Program-made: the position numbers and the translations under genes
The notes under the pieces: model-generated
The model's input: only the letters and a program-made list of their open reading frames with translations
Database searches by the model: none
What the model was told of the DNA's origin: nothing
Shown: in pieces, positions 15,004-28,619 of the stretch
Numbering within the stretch: the stretch's first letter is position 1
Layout: each line of letters starts with the position of its first letter
Origin: the human T2T-CHM13v2.0 reference genome, Homo sapiens
Strand: one strand, 5' to 3'
DNA: 64,000 nucleotides
NCBI RefSeq assembly: GCF_009914755.1
Contig: NC_060936.1

Positions 15004-15450
15004 AGCAAAGACTTGGAACCAACCCAAATGTCCAACAACGATAGACTGGATTAAGAAAATGTGGCACATATACACCATGGAATACTATGCAGCCATAAAA
15101 AATGATGAGTTCATGTCCTTTGTAGGGACATGGATGAAGCTGGAAACCATCATTCTCAGCAAACTATCGCAAGGACAAAAAACCAAACACCGCATGTTCT
15201 CACTCATAGGTGGGAATTGAACAATGAGAACACATGGACACAGGAAGGGGAACATCACACACTGGGGACTGTTGTGGGGTGGGGGGAGAGGGGAGGGATA
15301 GCATTAGGAGATATACCTAATGCTAAATGATGAGTTAATGGGTGCAGCACACCAACATGGCACATGTATACACATGTAACAAACCTGCAAGTTGTGCACG
15401 TGTACCCTAAAACTTGAGGTATAATAATATTAAATTTAAAAAAAAAAAAG
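15004..15450 (+). mobile_element. 5'-truncated L1PA (about PA3-5): end of ORF2 plus 3'UTR
   Basis: ORF 14999-15220 is the L1 ORF2 C-terminus (..KKMWHIYTMEYYAAIKNDEF..); perfect 17-bp TSD AAGAATAGCTATTTGTT (14987-15003 / 15451-15467). Confidence 0.97.
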
Positions 15451-16282
15451 AAGAATAGCTATTTGTTGGCTACCAACAGTACATGCCGTCACCTTTAAAG
15501 CACGCTTGACACAGAGAAAGCACTCATTGATGTTCACTGTTGTTGTGTTATTATTTTGTATATGAGCAGTTGATTTTCCTTCCCACTTGCCTCTCTAGCA
15601 TGCTTTTTAAAAAGCGACTAATTTATTTGATTTTCTCAAAATCTTGTGAGATGCAACAGACATTGTTTTTAGAGAAATAGGTTATGTGACCTAAGATTTC
15701 ACCCAAATTAGGGGGAAAATCACAATATCACCCAGTACAATGCTCCAGGGCCCCTCACCAACCTGTGTCTCACAGGGGCCTCATATGTATCCACTGGACT
15801 CAGGAAGCATAGCTGGTGAAATCATATCAACTCAGACTCCAGAAAGCTACTTCAGACAGTTTGATCACAGAACTATGTATGAGATTCTCAGGGATTTTTT
15901 CTTCTATGGTACTATATATCCTTACCCAGTTAGCTAACAACTCAAATGAACATTCTTTAAATTCTATCCATGTTCTTATGTCACCAGAGAGCTTACATTC
16001 TATAGTATATTATTTTATGTCCCTACAGAAATGTATTCATTGAATGGTTACCACCATATGTCACTGATATTATAATGTGCCCTTTTGTCATTTTAACATC
16101 TTTTAATTTAGAATGAATTTTATAGCCTATGGAAAGTCATCATGTATTTGGCAGTGTTTTCCTTTTCTTACTGATACATAAAATAATGATATATCTATTA
16201 TCAACGATGTCTTCAATTCAACAAAGTATGGTATTTAAAATGTGACTCTATCCTGTTCCAGGACTGATATAAGAAATAACTA

Positions 16283-16632
16283 CAGTCCTACATGGCTTAA
16301 CAACAGGATACATTGTGAAAAAAATGCATTGTTAGGCGATTTCCTCATGTGCAAACCTCATAGAGTGTACTCACACAAATCTAGATGGTACAGCTACTAC
16401 ACACTTAGGCTGGCTGTAAGGCATCACCTCTTGCTCCTAGGCTGCTAACCTGTACAGCATGTTACTTTACTGAACACTGCAGGCAACTATAACACAATGG
16501 TAAGTATTTGTGCATCTGAACATATCTAATCACAGAAAGGTACAGCAAAAATATAGTTTTATAATCTTATGGGACCACCATAGCATAGGCAGTCCATCAT
16601 TGACCAAAACATCGTTATGTGGTGCATGACTG
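16283..16632. mobile_element. Tigger3a/MER7A
   Basis: TA|CAGTC...GACTG|TA termini; AAATGCATTGTTAGGCGATTT. Confidence 0.88.
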
Positions 16633-16909
16633 TATTTAAAGACCACCTCCATGCTTTCTACAAAACTATTATGATACATCATGCATTCTCTGGTTTAATG
16701 CCCCTAAAACAAAACTGGCACAATAAATCTCTAGTTCCCTACTTTTAGCTCTTTTCTATGTCCAAGAGGGTGAGTTGCACACCATAATGGCTCCACAAAT
16801 TGTTCCTGAAAATCATTGAAAATAATTTAAAATTAAGAATACAAAACCAGGCATAAACATTTGGAAGGGACTCCAGCAACTGAATGGCTCTGAGGCTTAA
16901 ACTTCACTA

Positions 16910-17282
16910 GGCTCTAGGTGTGGCCATGTGTCTGGCCAGTGAAATGCGAACAGAAGTGTGGAGTGAGACTTATGGGAAGTCTCTTTACAGAGAGAAAAGA
17001 GGCCTCTCTTCTTTCCTTCCTCCATCCCACAATCTAGAACTCACGTGTGGTGGCCTGGGCTCCAGCAACTATATTGGACAAAGAAAATAAAGGACATAGC
17101 CCAGATGGAGGGACAGAAAGTCTAAAGGAATCTAAGACTCTGATGACTGTGAAGCTGCCTGCCAACCCCAGGCTGCTTCCCTCCCAGACCTCTTGGGTTG
17201 TGAAGGAATGAAGCATTGATTGCTCAAACCACCATCTGCGGTTTCTCTTGTTATCAGCCAAACACAGTCCACCACTGACACA
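16910..17282 (+). mobile_element. old MLT1 (J-like) LTR
   Basis: GTGGCCATGTGTCTGGCCAGTGAAATG...CAGCCAAACACAGTCCCACTGACA. Confidence 0.6.
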
Positions 17283-17799
17283 GCATCATAAAGTATCTTG
17301 GTCCATACAAGAAGGGCATACGTTGTGGCAAGGATGGAGGTCATGGAATGAGCCTAAGACTGAAGGTCAGAAACTCTCTTTCTAGTCTTTGCTACTCCAG
17401 TCCTGTCTTTAGCTTGCTCCAGGAACTTAAGAAACCCACTTAAGCTGTATTTACTTTAAGTTTCCTCATTTAAAAAAAAAAATACAACTTTCTCCCATGG
17501 AGTTATGCTAGTAAATCATATACAAATAAGAAAGAACTTTGAGATGGTGAAATCACACATCTTTGTTCTGGTTAATGGTAGCAGTGATGCACTGAGAGAG
17601 AATCTTTTCATGGTCCCGTTCCTGCTGAATGAGTTCAGATCTAGACCCCCATATCCTGGGCAGTGCCAATGTTAAAAATCAAACCATAAATAGTGGTTCA
17701 TGGAGTAGGCACTTAAAAAGTCTTCAAATTATGAGGCAGTTGCAAAGAGTGATCAGTCAGTTCCCACATTCTCCAAGGATCGTGATTAGGAAAAGAATT

Positions 17800-18254
17800 T
17801 CCTATTTGGGTATCATCTCAGAGATGGTTCCCTAGGAACAGAGCCTATGAAATTGGTATTCTCGTGTGAACGGATTTCAGGAGAAGTATGTAAAGGAGTT
17901 AGGGAAGCAGGTGAGACAGAGGAAGAAGATAGAGATGTGAGTTCAGCTGAAGTCTAGCCTCAGCCCCATCCCACAGGGAGCTCTGGAGCGTGACCGGCAC
18001 CAAGGAATTGTCCGACCTCAAGGCAAGGGGACCAGGCCTTTATAACCCTGTGCCTGCCAGTCACTGGTGCAGACCACCCCTGAGGGTGAGGGGTTCTCCC
18101 AAGCATCTCTGGCTGAGGAGGTTCCCACTGGCGGAGGACGATTCTCCAGAAAGAGCGTGCCTGAGATCAGGCAGCAGCCAGCACTCCCAGTAGCTGTGCG
18201 GTGGTGCACTAGTCTAATAAGGGGACCTGGGTGTGCATCCCGGCATCTACCACA
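17800..18254 (-). mobile_element. LTR16-family (ERVL) LTR
   Basis: AGCCTCAGCCCCATCCCACAGGGAGCTCTGGAGC...CCAGGCCTTTATA...GGCATCTACCACA. Confidence 0.7.
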
Positions 18255-19300
18255 GGAACAGAATGCTGGAGTATTTGGGGAGGAAGCTCCTGACCACTTC
18301 TCTAGAAAGTATTATTCATACCTTTCAAGACTTCCCAACCTGCTACGCTATAGACCTCTGTTTGGGGCAACAATAGGTGTGCTCTCAGTGATAAATTCTG
18401 AGCTTGTTCTTTAATAGGCAACAGGCAAGGAAAACAAGGAAAGTGTTACTGTCATTCAGGCTTGGCTTCCAGGATTTCTCCACAGCCTTGGGGATTTGAA
18501 GGTGTTGGTGAATCCTACTTTTTCTCTTCTTTGGATTCCAAACCAATGGAGAAATCATCCAGGAGGATCAAAGATCGCACGAATGGCATTCTTGCCCTGA
18601 AGGCTGGTTTTAAGACTTGTCCTGGATCCAAGACCAAAGGGAGTATCTTCTCGTTCCCCTTGATTTGAAGTTGCACCCTGGTCACAGAGCAAGCAATGGT
18701 GGGGCAGGCACTCTCAGCTGAGTGGAGGGGAGGGGGATGGGTGCCATTGGGGGCAGGCAGAAAGTGTTGAGGAGGGGGACTTCATGCCCTCTCCCCATTT
18801 TCCCAAGGAAGACTAGAAAGAAGAGCTGGAATTGCTCCTCCCATAATCTTCCTGGGGTGGAGGGCCAGGAGGGTTCCTGTAGGGATCATGTGGACTACAG
18901 CCCACAGCCCCTCCCACAGCTTCCCTCCCACAGACTGCTAAAGACAAAAAGAAAGGATGCTCTAAGTCTGGAGCTGGCTTGGAAGCCCTGGTGGACACAC
19001 TAAGAAAGAAAAGCCATCCCAGACTTCTGAATCACCCACACCCACTTCACCATTCAGCTGCCCCAGATCTCCTTTTTTGCACCAAGAACCGGACTAGTTT
19101 TGTCACTCTTGGCTGAATAGCTGGAACACATCAGCACCTATTGATACAAATCACTTCTGCCGGTCTCCACCAGCCAGTGCCCAACAGCTGTTTTTCTATG
19201 TCCTTTCTCTGAAAGCATTATGCAGCCTTATGTACAGGTTGACATTGTGAAGTATTGCTTCTTCTGAATTTACTGCATTTTCTGTTCTTGGAGGTAATAG

Positions 19301-19861
<561 letters not shown>

Positions 19862-20459
19862 TGATGTCTCCTGTAATGAATGACATACTTCCAGTTATAA
19901 GAAGCATCATAGGAAGACAAGGAAAGGGCCCTGCCTTTAAAGCACCTTCTCCCAAGACCTCCAGGTCTTAGGATGTTGGCCCTTGCCCTGGTGGCCTTGG
20001 GTGACGGAAGAGTCAACGATTTCTAAAGGAGACTTGATTTGCAGGTTGGGTTAATCTGATCTTCTACCCCGTGTAAATGATCTCTTACTTAAAATACTTG
20101 CGCATTTTGAACTGTCTGGTTGCCGAAGCAGGGTGGAATGTTCCAGAGGAAGCCACATAACTGCAGAGGTTTAACACACGGTGGGTTCCGCCTTGTTGTG
20201 CAATGGCTATTTTCCTGACAGCCGAGGCTGCTGCCAGGAGTCAAGGAGAGCCAGATCCCACAGGAGCCAACAAGAATTGTAGGCAAATATCCTCAGGCTG
20301 AATAATAGCGATGGTATCTTGAAATTGACTCGCTTCCAAAAACTCCATCGAACAGAAGAGTATTTTACATATATGTGATCTCTGCTTCACAGGGTTTTCT
20401 TTTATTTTAATGGAAAAACATCTTTTCATAGGTCTATAAAACATCCCTTCAGCCCACCC

Positions 20460-21020
20460 AAGTTCAAGTCATCACTGTCTCTCACCTGAATTGACCTCAC
20501 GTCTTCCTTCTCAGCTTTGACTTTCTGTCTTCCCTCCCACAGCTGCCAGCTTCCATCTCCTAGTGCCCAGCTTTTATCGTGTTTTTCTCCAGTTAAAACT
20601 TGTCAAAGGCTCTCCTTATTGAATTGAGTACAAGTGCCTCAGTCGTCCCAGGCCTGCCATGAAGTAGACCTGATTTACCTTCCTAAGTGTGGCTTGCTCT
20701 TCCCTCTCTCCAAATGAGAGGCACCATGCTGCCTCTCCTTGCTCCTGCATGAACAGCCCCCAGCCACTTCTACCAGAATCTTGCCATCGTTCAAGGCCAA
20801 CCCTTAATGCCATCTTCTTCAGGAAGCTTACCCTGATCTTTCTAGGCAAACATACTTTCTCTGGGTGTCGTGATGTGGACGCACAATTTCCTGTTCTGCT
20901 CTATCCATTTGTGTGCTTGTCTTACTCTTCTCTTTGAGGGCCATTTCTCTGTCTGTTCATCCTGTATCTCCCACAGTATGTAGCAGTGTCCTACACTTAG
21001 TAGTTGCTCAATAAATTGTA
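20460..21020 (+). mobile_element. L2 3' fragment
   Basis: ends ACACTTAGTAGTTGCTCAATAAAT. Confidence 0.65.
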
Positions 21021-21254
21021 ATCAAATTAGAGTTAGAGTAGGTACTATTATTATACACACTGAAATACTATCTTCCTGAAATTTTCTATTCTATGTTCAG
21101 AAATTATAACACTCATTTCCAAATATGGCATCAAGATGGAAAACTTGTGCTTTTCACTGTTCAGAACAATTTCTGTTCATCAAATTTTAGAAAGCATAGA
21201 GGTCTGCAGCTGGGGACAGGAAGACAGGGCCTACCAGCTTAGAAATTCCCAAGG

Positions 21255-21465
21255 TTTTGGAGTTAGGTTTGAATCCCTGTTCCATCACTGACAACTTATG
21301 TGAACTTAAGCAAGTTCCTCAGTCTCACTGAACCTCAATTTCTCATCTCCGAAATGAAGACAAAACTACCTATTTTATAAGCTTTTTGTAAGAATTAAGT
21401 TAGAACATTTCTATGAAGCACCTAACTCAGTGCCCAGTAATAGTAGGTAAATCGTAGTTCTCATA
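21255..21465 (+). mobile_element. MIR
   Basis: GGTTTGAATCCCTG..CTGAACCTCAATTTCTCATC. Confidence 0.78.
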
Positions 21466-21561
21466 ATTATATTTCTCCTAGTAGTAAATCAGCTTCCATC
21501 ATCATCCTTATCCTACCCATATTTTATTCAGAATGAAATATTAAAGCTTTTAATAAGTATA

Positions 21562-21902
21562 TAGCTGACCCTTGATCAATGTGAGGGTTAGGGGCCCTGA
21601 CTATCTATGCAGTCAATAGTCTGCATGTAACTTTTGACCCCTAAAGACGTAACTACTAATAATAGCTTACTCTTGACCAGAAGCCTTTTCAATAACATGA
21701 AAAGTTAATTAGCACATATTTTGTATTTGTATTTGTATTAGTCCATTTTCACACTGCTATGAAGAACTACCTGAGACTGGATAATTTATCAACTAAAGAG
21801 ATTTAATTGACTCACAGTTCCACATGGCTGGGGAGGCCTCAGGAAACTTACAGTCATGATGGAAGGGGAAAGGGAAGCAAGGCATCTCTTACGTGGCAGC
21901 AG

Positions 21903-21933
<31 letters not shown>

Positions 21934-22470
21934 TGAGGGGGAACCAGAGTGAGAAAGTGAGGGAGAGCCACCAAACACTTTTAAACCATCAGATTTCATA
22001 AGGACTCACTCACTGTCATGAGAACAGCATGGGAGAAACCGCCCCCCATGATCCAATCACTTCCCACCAGATCCCTCCCTCAACATGTGGGGATTACAAT
22101 TTGAGATAAGATTTGGGTAGGAACACAGAGCCAAACCATATCAGTACAATATACTATATTCTTATAACAAAGTAAGCTAGAGAAAGAATATGTTATTAAG
22201 AAAATCAGAAGGAAGAGAAAATGCATTTACTATTCATTAAGTGGAATTGGATCATCATAAAGGTCTTCAACTTTATTGTCCTCATGTTGAGCAGGCTGAG
22301 CGGGAGGAGGAAGAGGAAGGGTTGGTCTTGCTGTCTCAGGTGTGGCAGAGGCAGACGAAAATCCATGTACAAGTGGACCCACCAATATACAGTTGACCCT
22401 TGAATAACATGGGTTTGTTAACAACTTAACAATTTGTAAGTTCAAGCCCATGTTGTTCAACAGTCAACTT
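21562..22470 (+). mobile_element. Tigger2-derived element interrupted by an LTR
   Basis: AGCTGACCCTTGA start; AAAGTAAGCTAGAGAAAG; end TTCAAGCCCATGTTGTTCAACAGTCAACT. Confidence 0.85.
21734..22143 (-). mobile_element. THE1D/MSTA solo LTR with an internal (GA)n
   Basis: TGTATTAGTCCATTTTCACACTGCTAT...GAGCCAAACCATATCA. Confidence 0.88.
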
Positions 22471-22800
22471 ATGTTGAGCACCTACTAATTCCCTGGCATG
22501 CTACTGGGGAGAAGAATGAGGGTGAGTAGACATGGGACTTCAAATATTGAATAATACAAGATTATAATCTGATTGTACGAGGATATTGGCAACAAGAACA
22601 TTTACTGAACTGCCATAGACAGGTGTTCAATGTATGTTCAAAGGTAAAAGAGATCTACTTAAATCAAAGGGAGATGCAATGTACTTGTGGCAATGAGAAG
22701 CCCTTGGACAAGGCTTGTGAGCCCCACTGTCCAGGGCTCCTCTCCCAAGGCTGTCAACAGACTGATTCCAGCATTTTTGCCACCCATCTGACCACTGGAG

Positions 22801-22989
22801 CAGGGCTGGCTTCACAGGCCTGAGACCTGTGCAGTTTTATAAGCCCCACAAACCCCACCGCCACACTTAGAAGGCCCTTGTGGTTGGTTTAATTCTCTGC
22901 TGCTGTTGCCTTGAAATTCTTAATGATTCTCTAACATGCATCACATTTTCCGTTTGCACTGAGCCCTACAAATTATGTAACCAGTCCTG
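22801..22989 (+). mobile_element. MER53
   Basis: CAGGGCTGGCTTCA...TTGAAATTCTTAAT...CAAATTATGTAACCAGTCCTG. Confidence 0.8.
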
Positions 22990-23128
22990 CTTTTGGAGTG
23001 TGAGAGGTGATGCTTAATTCATTTTTGTTCCCAGTGCCTGACACAGCATGTGCTCATAAATATTTTTGAAATGAATGAATGAATTTCACTTTTATAATCA
23101 TACAGGTGGCAAATGCTTGTACACCCAC

Positions 23129-23692
23129 TGTATTAGTCAGGGTTCTCCAGAGGGACAGAACTAATAGGATATGTGTATATATGAAAGGGAGTTTATTAGG
23201 GAGAATTGGCTCACACAATCACAAGGCGAAGTCCCACGATAGATCATCTACAAGCAGGGGAAGAAAGAAGCCAGTAGTGGGTCAGTCCAAGTCCAAAAGC
23301 CTCAAAAGCAGGGAAGCTGACAGTGCAGCCTTCAGTCTGTGGTCGAAGGCCCCAGCAAACCACTGGTATAAGTCCAAGAGCCCAAATGCTGAGGAACCTG
23401 GAGTCTGATGTCCAAGGGCAGGAAGCATTCAGCACTGGAGAATGATGAAAGCTAGAAGACCCAGCAAGCCAGCTTATCCCATCTTCTTCTGCCTACTTTG
23501 TTCTAGCCATGCTGGCAGGTGATCGGATGGTGCACGCCCACGTTGAGGATGGGTCTTCCTCTCCCAGTCCACTGACTCAACTGTTAATCTCCTCTGGCAA
23601 CACCCTCACAGACACACCCAGAAACAACACTTTACCAGCCATCTAGGCATCCTTCAATCCAATCAAGCTGACACCTAATATTAACCATCATA
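23129..23692 (-). mobile_element. MLT2B solo LTR
   Basis: TGTATTAGTCAGGGTTCTCCAGAGGGACAGAAC...ACACCTAATATTAACCATCA. Confidence 0.9.
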
Positions 23693-24140
23693 TTCACCTT
23701 TACCTAAAGTTTAACACTTAAAATGTACTAATGTTAGGTGCCCTGTACCTTGGACTTTGAATTTTTTGAAATAGGACTTTTGCAATTTTCTCCAAAATGC
23801 ACATGTGGAGGAAATAAGGAGAACAGCCCAGCAGCTGGGTGCCTTCCTCTCCACCTCAGTTTTTAACACCTCGGTTTTACCTGTTCTTTTTATACACAGT
23901 TATAACCTAGATCCTCCTATACTCTAACACACACACACATGCATGCACCTTTTGCTGAGATTGTTTTGAAACCAACTTGTACTCTCAAGTAAAACTGATA
24001 GCATACATTAAAAAGAAATTCAAGTAGGATTTCTGAAAACTGGTGCAGTAACAGTAGACAAAGTGGAAAAAAATTTAAAAAGAGATTCAGATTGTTTTTA
24101 TTGTTGTAACACGTATATAACATAAAATTTACCATTTTAC

Positions 24141-24765
24141 TGGAATAGACATTTCTTCAAAGAGGATATACAAATGGCCAGTGAGTGCATGACAAGATGC
24201 ACAACATCACTAATCATTAGAGAAATGCAAACCAAAACTACAAGGAGATACCATTTCATATACACTAGGATGGCTACTATTAAAAAAAACAAAAAAAAAA
24301 ACAAAAAAAAAAAAACAGAAAATAACAAGTGTGGGCAAGGATGAGGACCCCAGAGAAATTGGGACCCTTGAGCACTGCTGGTAGGAATGTAAAATGATTC
24401 AACCACTGTGGAAAATGGTATGGAATTTCCACACAAAACTAAAAATAGAATTACCATATGATCAAGCAATTCTGCTTCTGGGTACATACCCCCAAAAAAC
24501 TGAAAGCACAGACGTGAAGCTCATCGCAACTTTATTTACAGTAACCAAAATGTGGAAGCAACCCAGGTGCCCACAGATGGATGAATAGAAAAAATAAAAT
24601 GTGGCGTATACATACAAGAATATTAGGCAGCCTTAAAAAGGAAGCAAATCCTAAAGCATGCTACAATACGGATAAACCTTTGAGGACATCATGCTAAGTG
24701 AAATAAGCCAATCACAAAAAGACAAATAGTGTACGATTCCACTCCTATGAGGCACTTGGAGCAAT
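24141..24765 (+). mobile_element. L1MB fragment (end of ORF2 and 3'UTR)
   Basis: AATAGACATTTCTTCAAAGAGGATATACAAATGGCC; ORF 24394 resembles L1 ORF2 (KLKIELPYDQAI). Confidence 0.85.
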
Positions 24766-25106
24766 CATTGCCTCTATCTGCTCCGGGACCCTTTCATCAC
24801 CCCCAGCTGAAACCTCATACCTCATATTATTATTAAACAATAACTCCCCATTCCTCTCTCCTCCACCCTGCTAACCACCATTCTACGTTCTGTCTCCATG
24901 AATTTGACCATTGTCAGTATCTCACATACGTGGAGTATTTGTCCTTTTGCATATGGCCTGTTTCACTCAGCGTAATGTCTGCAAACTCCATCATGTTATA
25001 GCATCTATCTACGTTTCATTCCTTTTTAAGGTTAAATAATATTTCATTGTATGTATATACCATATTTTGTTTATTCATTCATATCAATTGACATTTGGGT
25101 TGTTTA
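24766..25106 (-). mobile_element. L1MB 3'UTR fragment; its extreme 3' end appears at ~24092-24139
   Basis: AACCACCATTCTACGTTCTGTCTCCATGAATTTGAC...GACATTTGGGTTGTTT. Confidence 0.82.
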
Positions 25107-25356
25107 GATGCATGTTTTAAAGACAGGGTCACAGTATTCCCCGAGAGTTTTTAAATTTTACAATATGCAATAGAAAGTCTTTTTGATGATGGGGGCTAAT
25201 TTCTCCCAGCGCCAGCAAGTCAGCTGGCCCCTCTTTCCCGAATAGCCTCGGAGGTTTTCTGTGATCACAAAAGAATGCTGTCAGGGAAAAAAAAAAAAAA
25301 AAAGCCTCTCCAGAGATAAGTCTTCGGTCAAACCAGGTTTATTAAGGGATGTCTCC

Positions 25357-25673
25357 TGCCGGGCACGGTGGCTCATGCCTGTAATCCCAACACTTTGGGA
25401 GGCCGAGGTGGGCCGATCACTTGAGGTCAAACTTTCGAGACTAGCCTGGCCAACATGGTGAAACCCTGTCTCTACTAAAAATAAAAAAAATTAGCCAGGC
25501 GTGGTGGTAGGCGCCTGCAATCCCAGCTACTCAGGAGGCTGAGGCAGGAGAATCGCTTGAACCCAGGAGGCAGAGGTCACAGTGAGCCAAGATCGTGCCA
25601 CTGCACTCCAGCCTGGATGACAGAGCAAGACTCCATCTCAAAAAACAAAAATAAAAATAAAAAAATAAAAAAA
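25357..25673 (+). mobile_element. AluS
   Basis: full dimer; partial TSD ..GATGTCTC. Confidence 0.95.
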
Positions 25674-26109
25674 GATGTCTCTAAATATCTGTTCAATATG
25701 GAACAAAGCCAGTGGGTGCTCCAGCCTTACGAAAAAGACACAGATGCTAAAGGCTTTCTTTCATCAACAGCCTCACACCCCCAAAGATCATTTCCACATA
25801 ATGCAAACGAGCCCCAGTCAGGTCTGCCATGAAGATGACTCAGGCATGTGAAATCTCAAACCTCTCACTCTTAGGAAAAGCATTTTTTAAATACTGGAGC
25901 TCCTGGTGTGTTGGGGATGGAGCTGGGACACAAGAGTTGATGTAAATGTCTCAGCATATGGCTTATCTGTTGTGGAACACACCAACTTTACTACCATACT
26001 AGATTTATCTAAGTCAGTGAAAGCCTTCAACAAACCTCAGACTTCAGACCTTCTGACTTCAGTCAGAGCATGGAACAGCATCTTTGACAGAGTTGGAAAG
26101 AATTTATCC

Positions 26110-27020
26110 TTCTTTCCTATTCAGTTCATCTGTCACAAATTTGCAGAGCATGTGTGACACCGTTCCCAGACATCTTTTTGGTCACTGGGGCTAGAGAAGT
26201 GAGCGTGACAGACAAGGTTCCTTTACTCAAGGAGGTCATACACTTACAAAGAGCCAGCAAGCAAACAAATGAGATGGCTTCAGATTGTGGTAAATCCTAT
26301 CAAGGACACAATCAGGGACCCGACACAGTGGCTCATGCCTGTAATTCCAAAACTTTGGGAGGCTGAGGTCAGAGGATCGCTTAAGGACTGGAGTTAGAGA
26401 CCAACCTGGGCAACACAGTGAGACTCCATTTCTACAAAAAATTTAAAAATTAGCCAGGCGTGGTAGCACACACCTGTAGTCCTAGCTACTCAGGAGGCTG
26501 AGGTGGGAGGATCGTTTGAGCCAGGGAGTTCAAGGCTGCACTGAGCTATGATCATGCACTGCACTCTAACCTAGATGACAGAGTGGACCTTGTCTCTTAA
26601 AAGAAAAAGACATAATCAGGAACATGAGAGAGGGAGTGACTATGAGGCTATGTAGGTGGCAGAGCCACTGCCCACCAGGGCTTGAGGGAAGGGTGCTCTG
26701 AGGAGGTGATAGATACTTGAACTAAGGCCTAAGGTGGAGATGCACAAGCCATAGAAGGAGCTGCAGAAAGGGCCTTCCAACCAGAGGACATTGTGCATGC
26801 ATAGGCATAGCTTTAGGAAGAGCTTGGTGTGTGCAAGTTGCAGAAAGAAGGCAGGCGCTACAGCCAGAGTGCGATGAGCGAGGAGCAGGTGGTGGAGGCA
26901 GGCAGGGCGGTGGGGGTTGTGGGAGGGCTTCTGGCCAGTTATGGAAAGCCACAGGAAGATGAGAAGCAGGATAACAATCTGAATGACATATTTCAAAGAG
27001 TACGCAGGCTGCAGCTGCGG
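26110..27020 (-). mobile_element. L2 fragment interrupted by AluJ
   Basis: ACAAATTTGCAGAGCA..GACAAGGTTCCTTTACTCAAGGAG...GAGGAGGTGATAGATACTTGAACTAAGGCCTAAG. Confidence 0.65.
26316..26608 (+). mobile_element. AluJ
   Basis: GAGGATCGCTT..; TSD GACA(C/T)AATCAG. Confidence 0.93.
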
Positions 27021-27991
27021 GGTGGAGAATGGATTGTGTGAGTCTCCTCTTTCTCCCCCGTCTTTCCTTTGAGAATATCACAGGAAGGGCAGCAAAGCGC
27101 TCACCCTCACCTTTCCCTTACTCAGTGAGACTCTGGACTGTGGACTCTCATGATAGAGATAAACTTTTATTTTCTGTCTTGTTTAGGCCACTGTTAGGCT
27201 GAACCTCTTTTATCCTTTGACCTAATTATCAATGTCTGATCCTAGTTAATAAAGCTCTCACTTTTAGCTGCTCATAAAAGCTCAAACTCTGGGAACCACT
27301 AGTTCATACCCTCCTTGGCCTTTGGCATATTCTATTCCTCCTTTTGTCTCTAATGTTTTGCTTGCATCCTTGGCACAAAACACCCACCCAATACCTAGGA
27401 GGTGTTCCATAAACACTGAAGAGGAGGAGGAGGATGCAGCGCCTAGAGGTGTCTTGTTGTTTTCAGACCTTGTTAGTCATCAGGTGTCAGAAGAAATCTG
27501 TAATGTGGATTTCATCATGTAAAATGGCTCACGCCTTGCCGAGTGGCACTCAGCCCAGGAGTGCGAACGGGGAGAGGAGATTTCAGCCAGACCCTGACTC
27601 TTGTTACCTCACCTGGGGATGTGCAGCCTTGAATGCACTGACTCACCATCCGCTTCTGGGAGGCTATTATTTTTATCAGTTTGCAGCAGCAGGAAGTGAG
27701 AAGAGAGCTTCTAGGAGGGAAAGGATGCCTGAGATTCAGCTGAGGACTTCAGCTGGTTCCCTGTTGCAGCCTCCTCCAGAAGTCTCTGTTTTTCCTGTGT
27801 AGCGTTTATCTTAGGTATGACCAATTAACGTGTTTATTCAATATATCTTCCCTTATTAGACCATCGGCTCCACCCAAACCAGGAATCAACTCTGCCTTTT
27901 TCACCCTGGTACCTGGCACACAGAAGGTACTCAGTAAAATATCGGTTGAGAAATGAATAAATCAACCTTTTCATGAAGAGGAAAGAGATAA

Positions 27992-28328
<337 letters not shown>

Positions 28329-28619
28329 CCCTTTGCAAGCTTTAAAGGAAATTATTTGTCTCATAGATAGGATTATTCCCTTTGTGGGTGAGCCCTGGCG
28401 AGAACCTCCGTCCTGAGCCAACTTCCTTAGCGGGATTCTCACCCTGCCAGGTAAGATCCCTCTGTTACCAGGAGCTCCATAAAATGCAAATAAGTTTCAA
28501 TATTCACTTAGGAAAATAAAAATGAGCAGTAAGTCAGCTAGGAGCAAAAGGAACGGGACATTCAAAGGCTGTGCCCAATGTCAGACAGAAGTAGCTTTGT
28601 AATTCTCCCAGTGTAGGGC

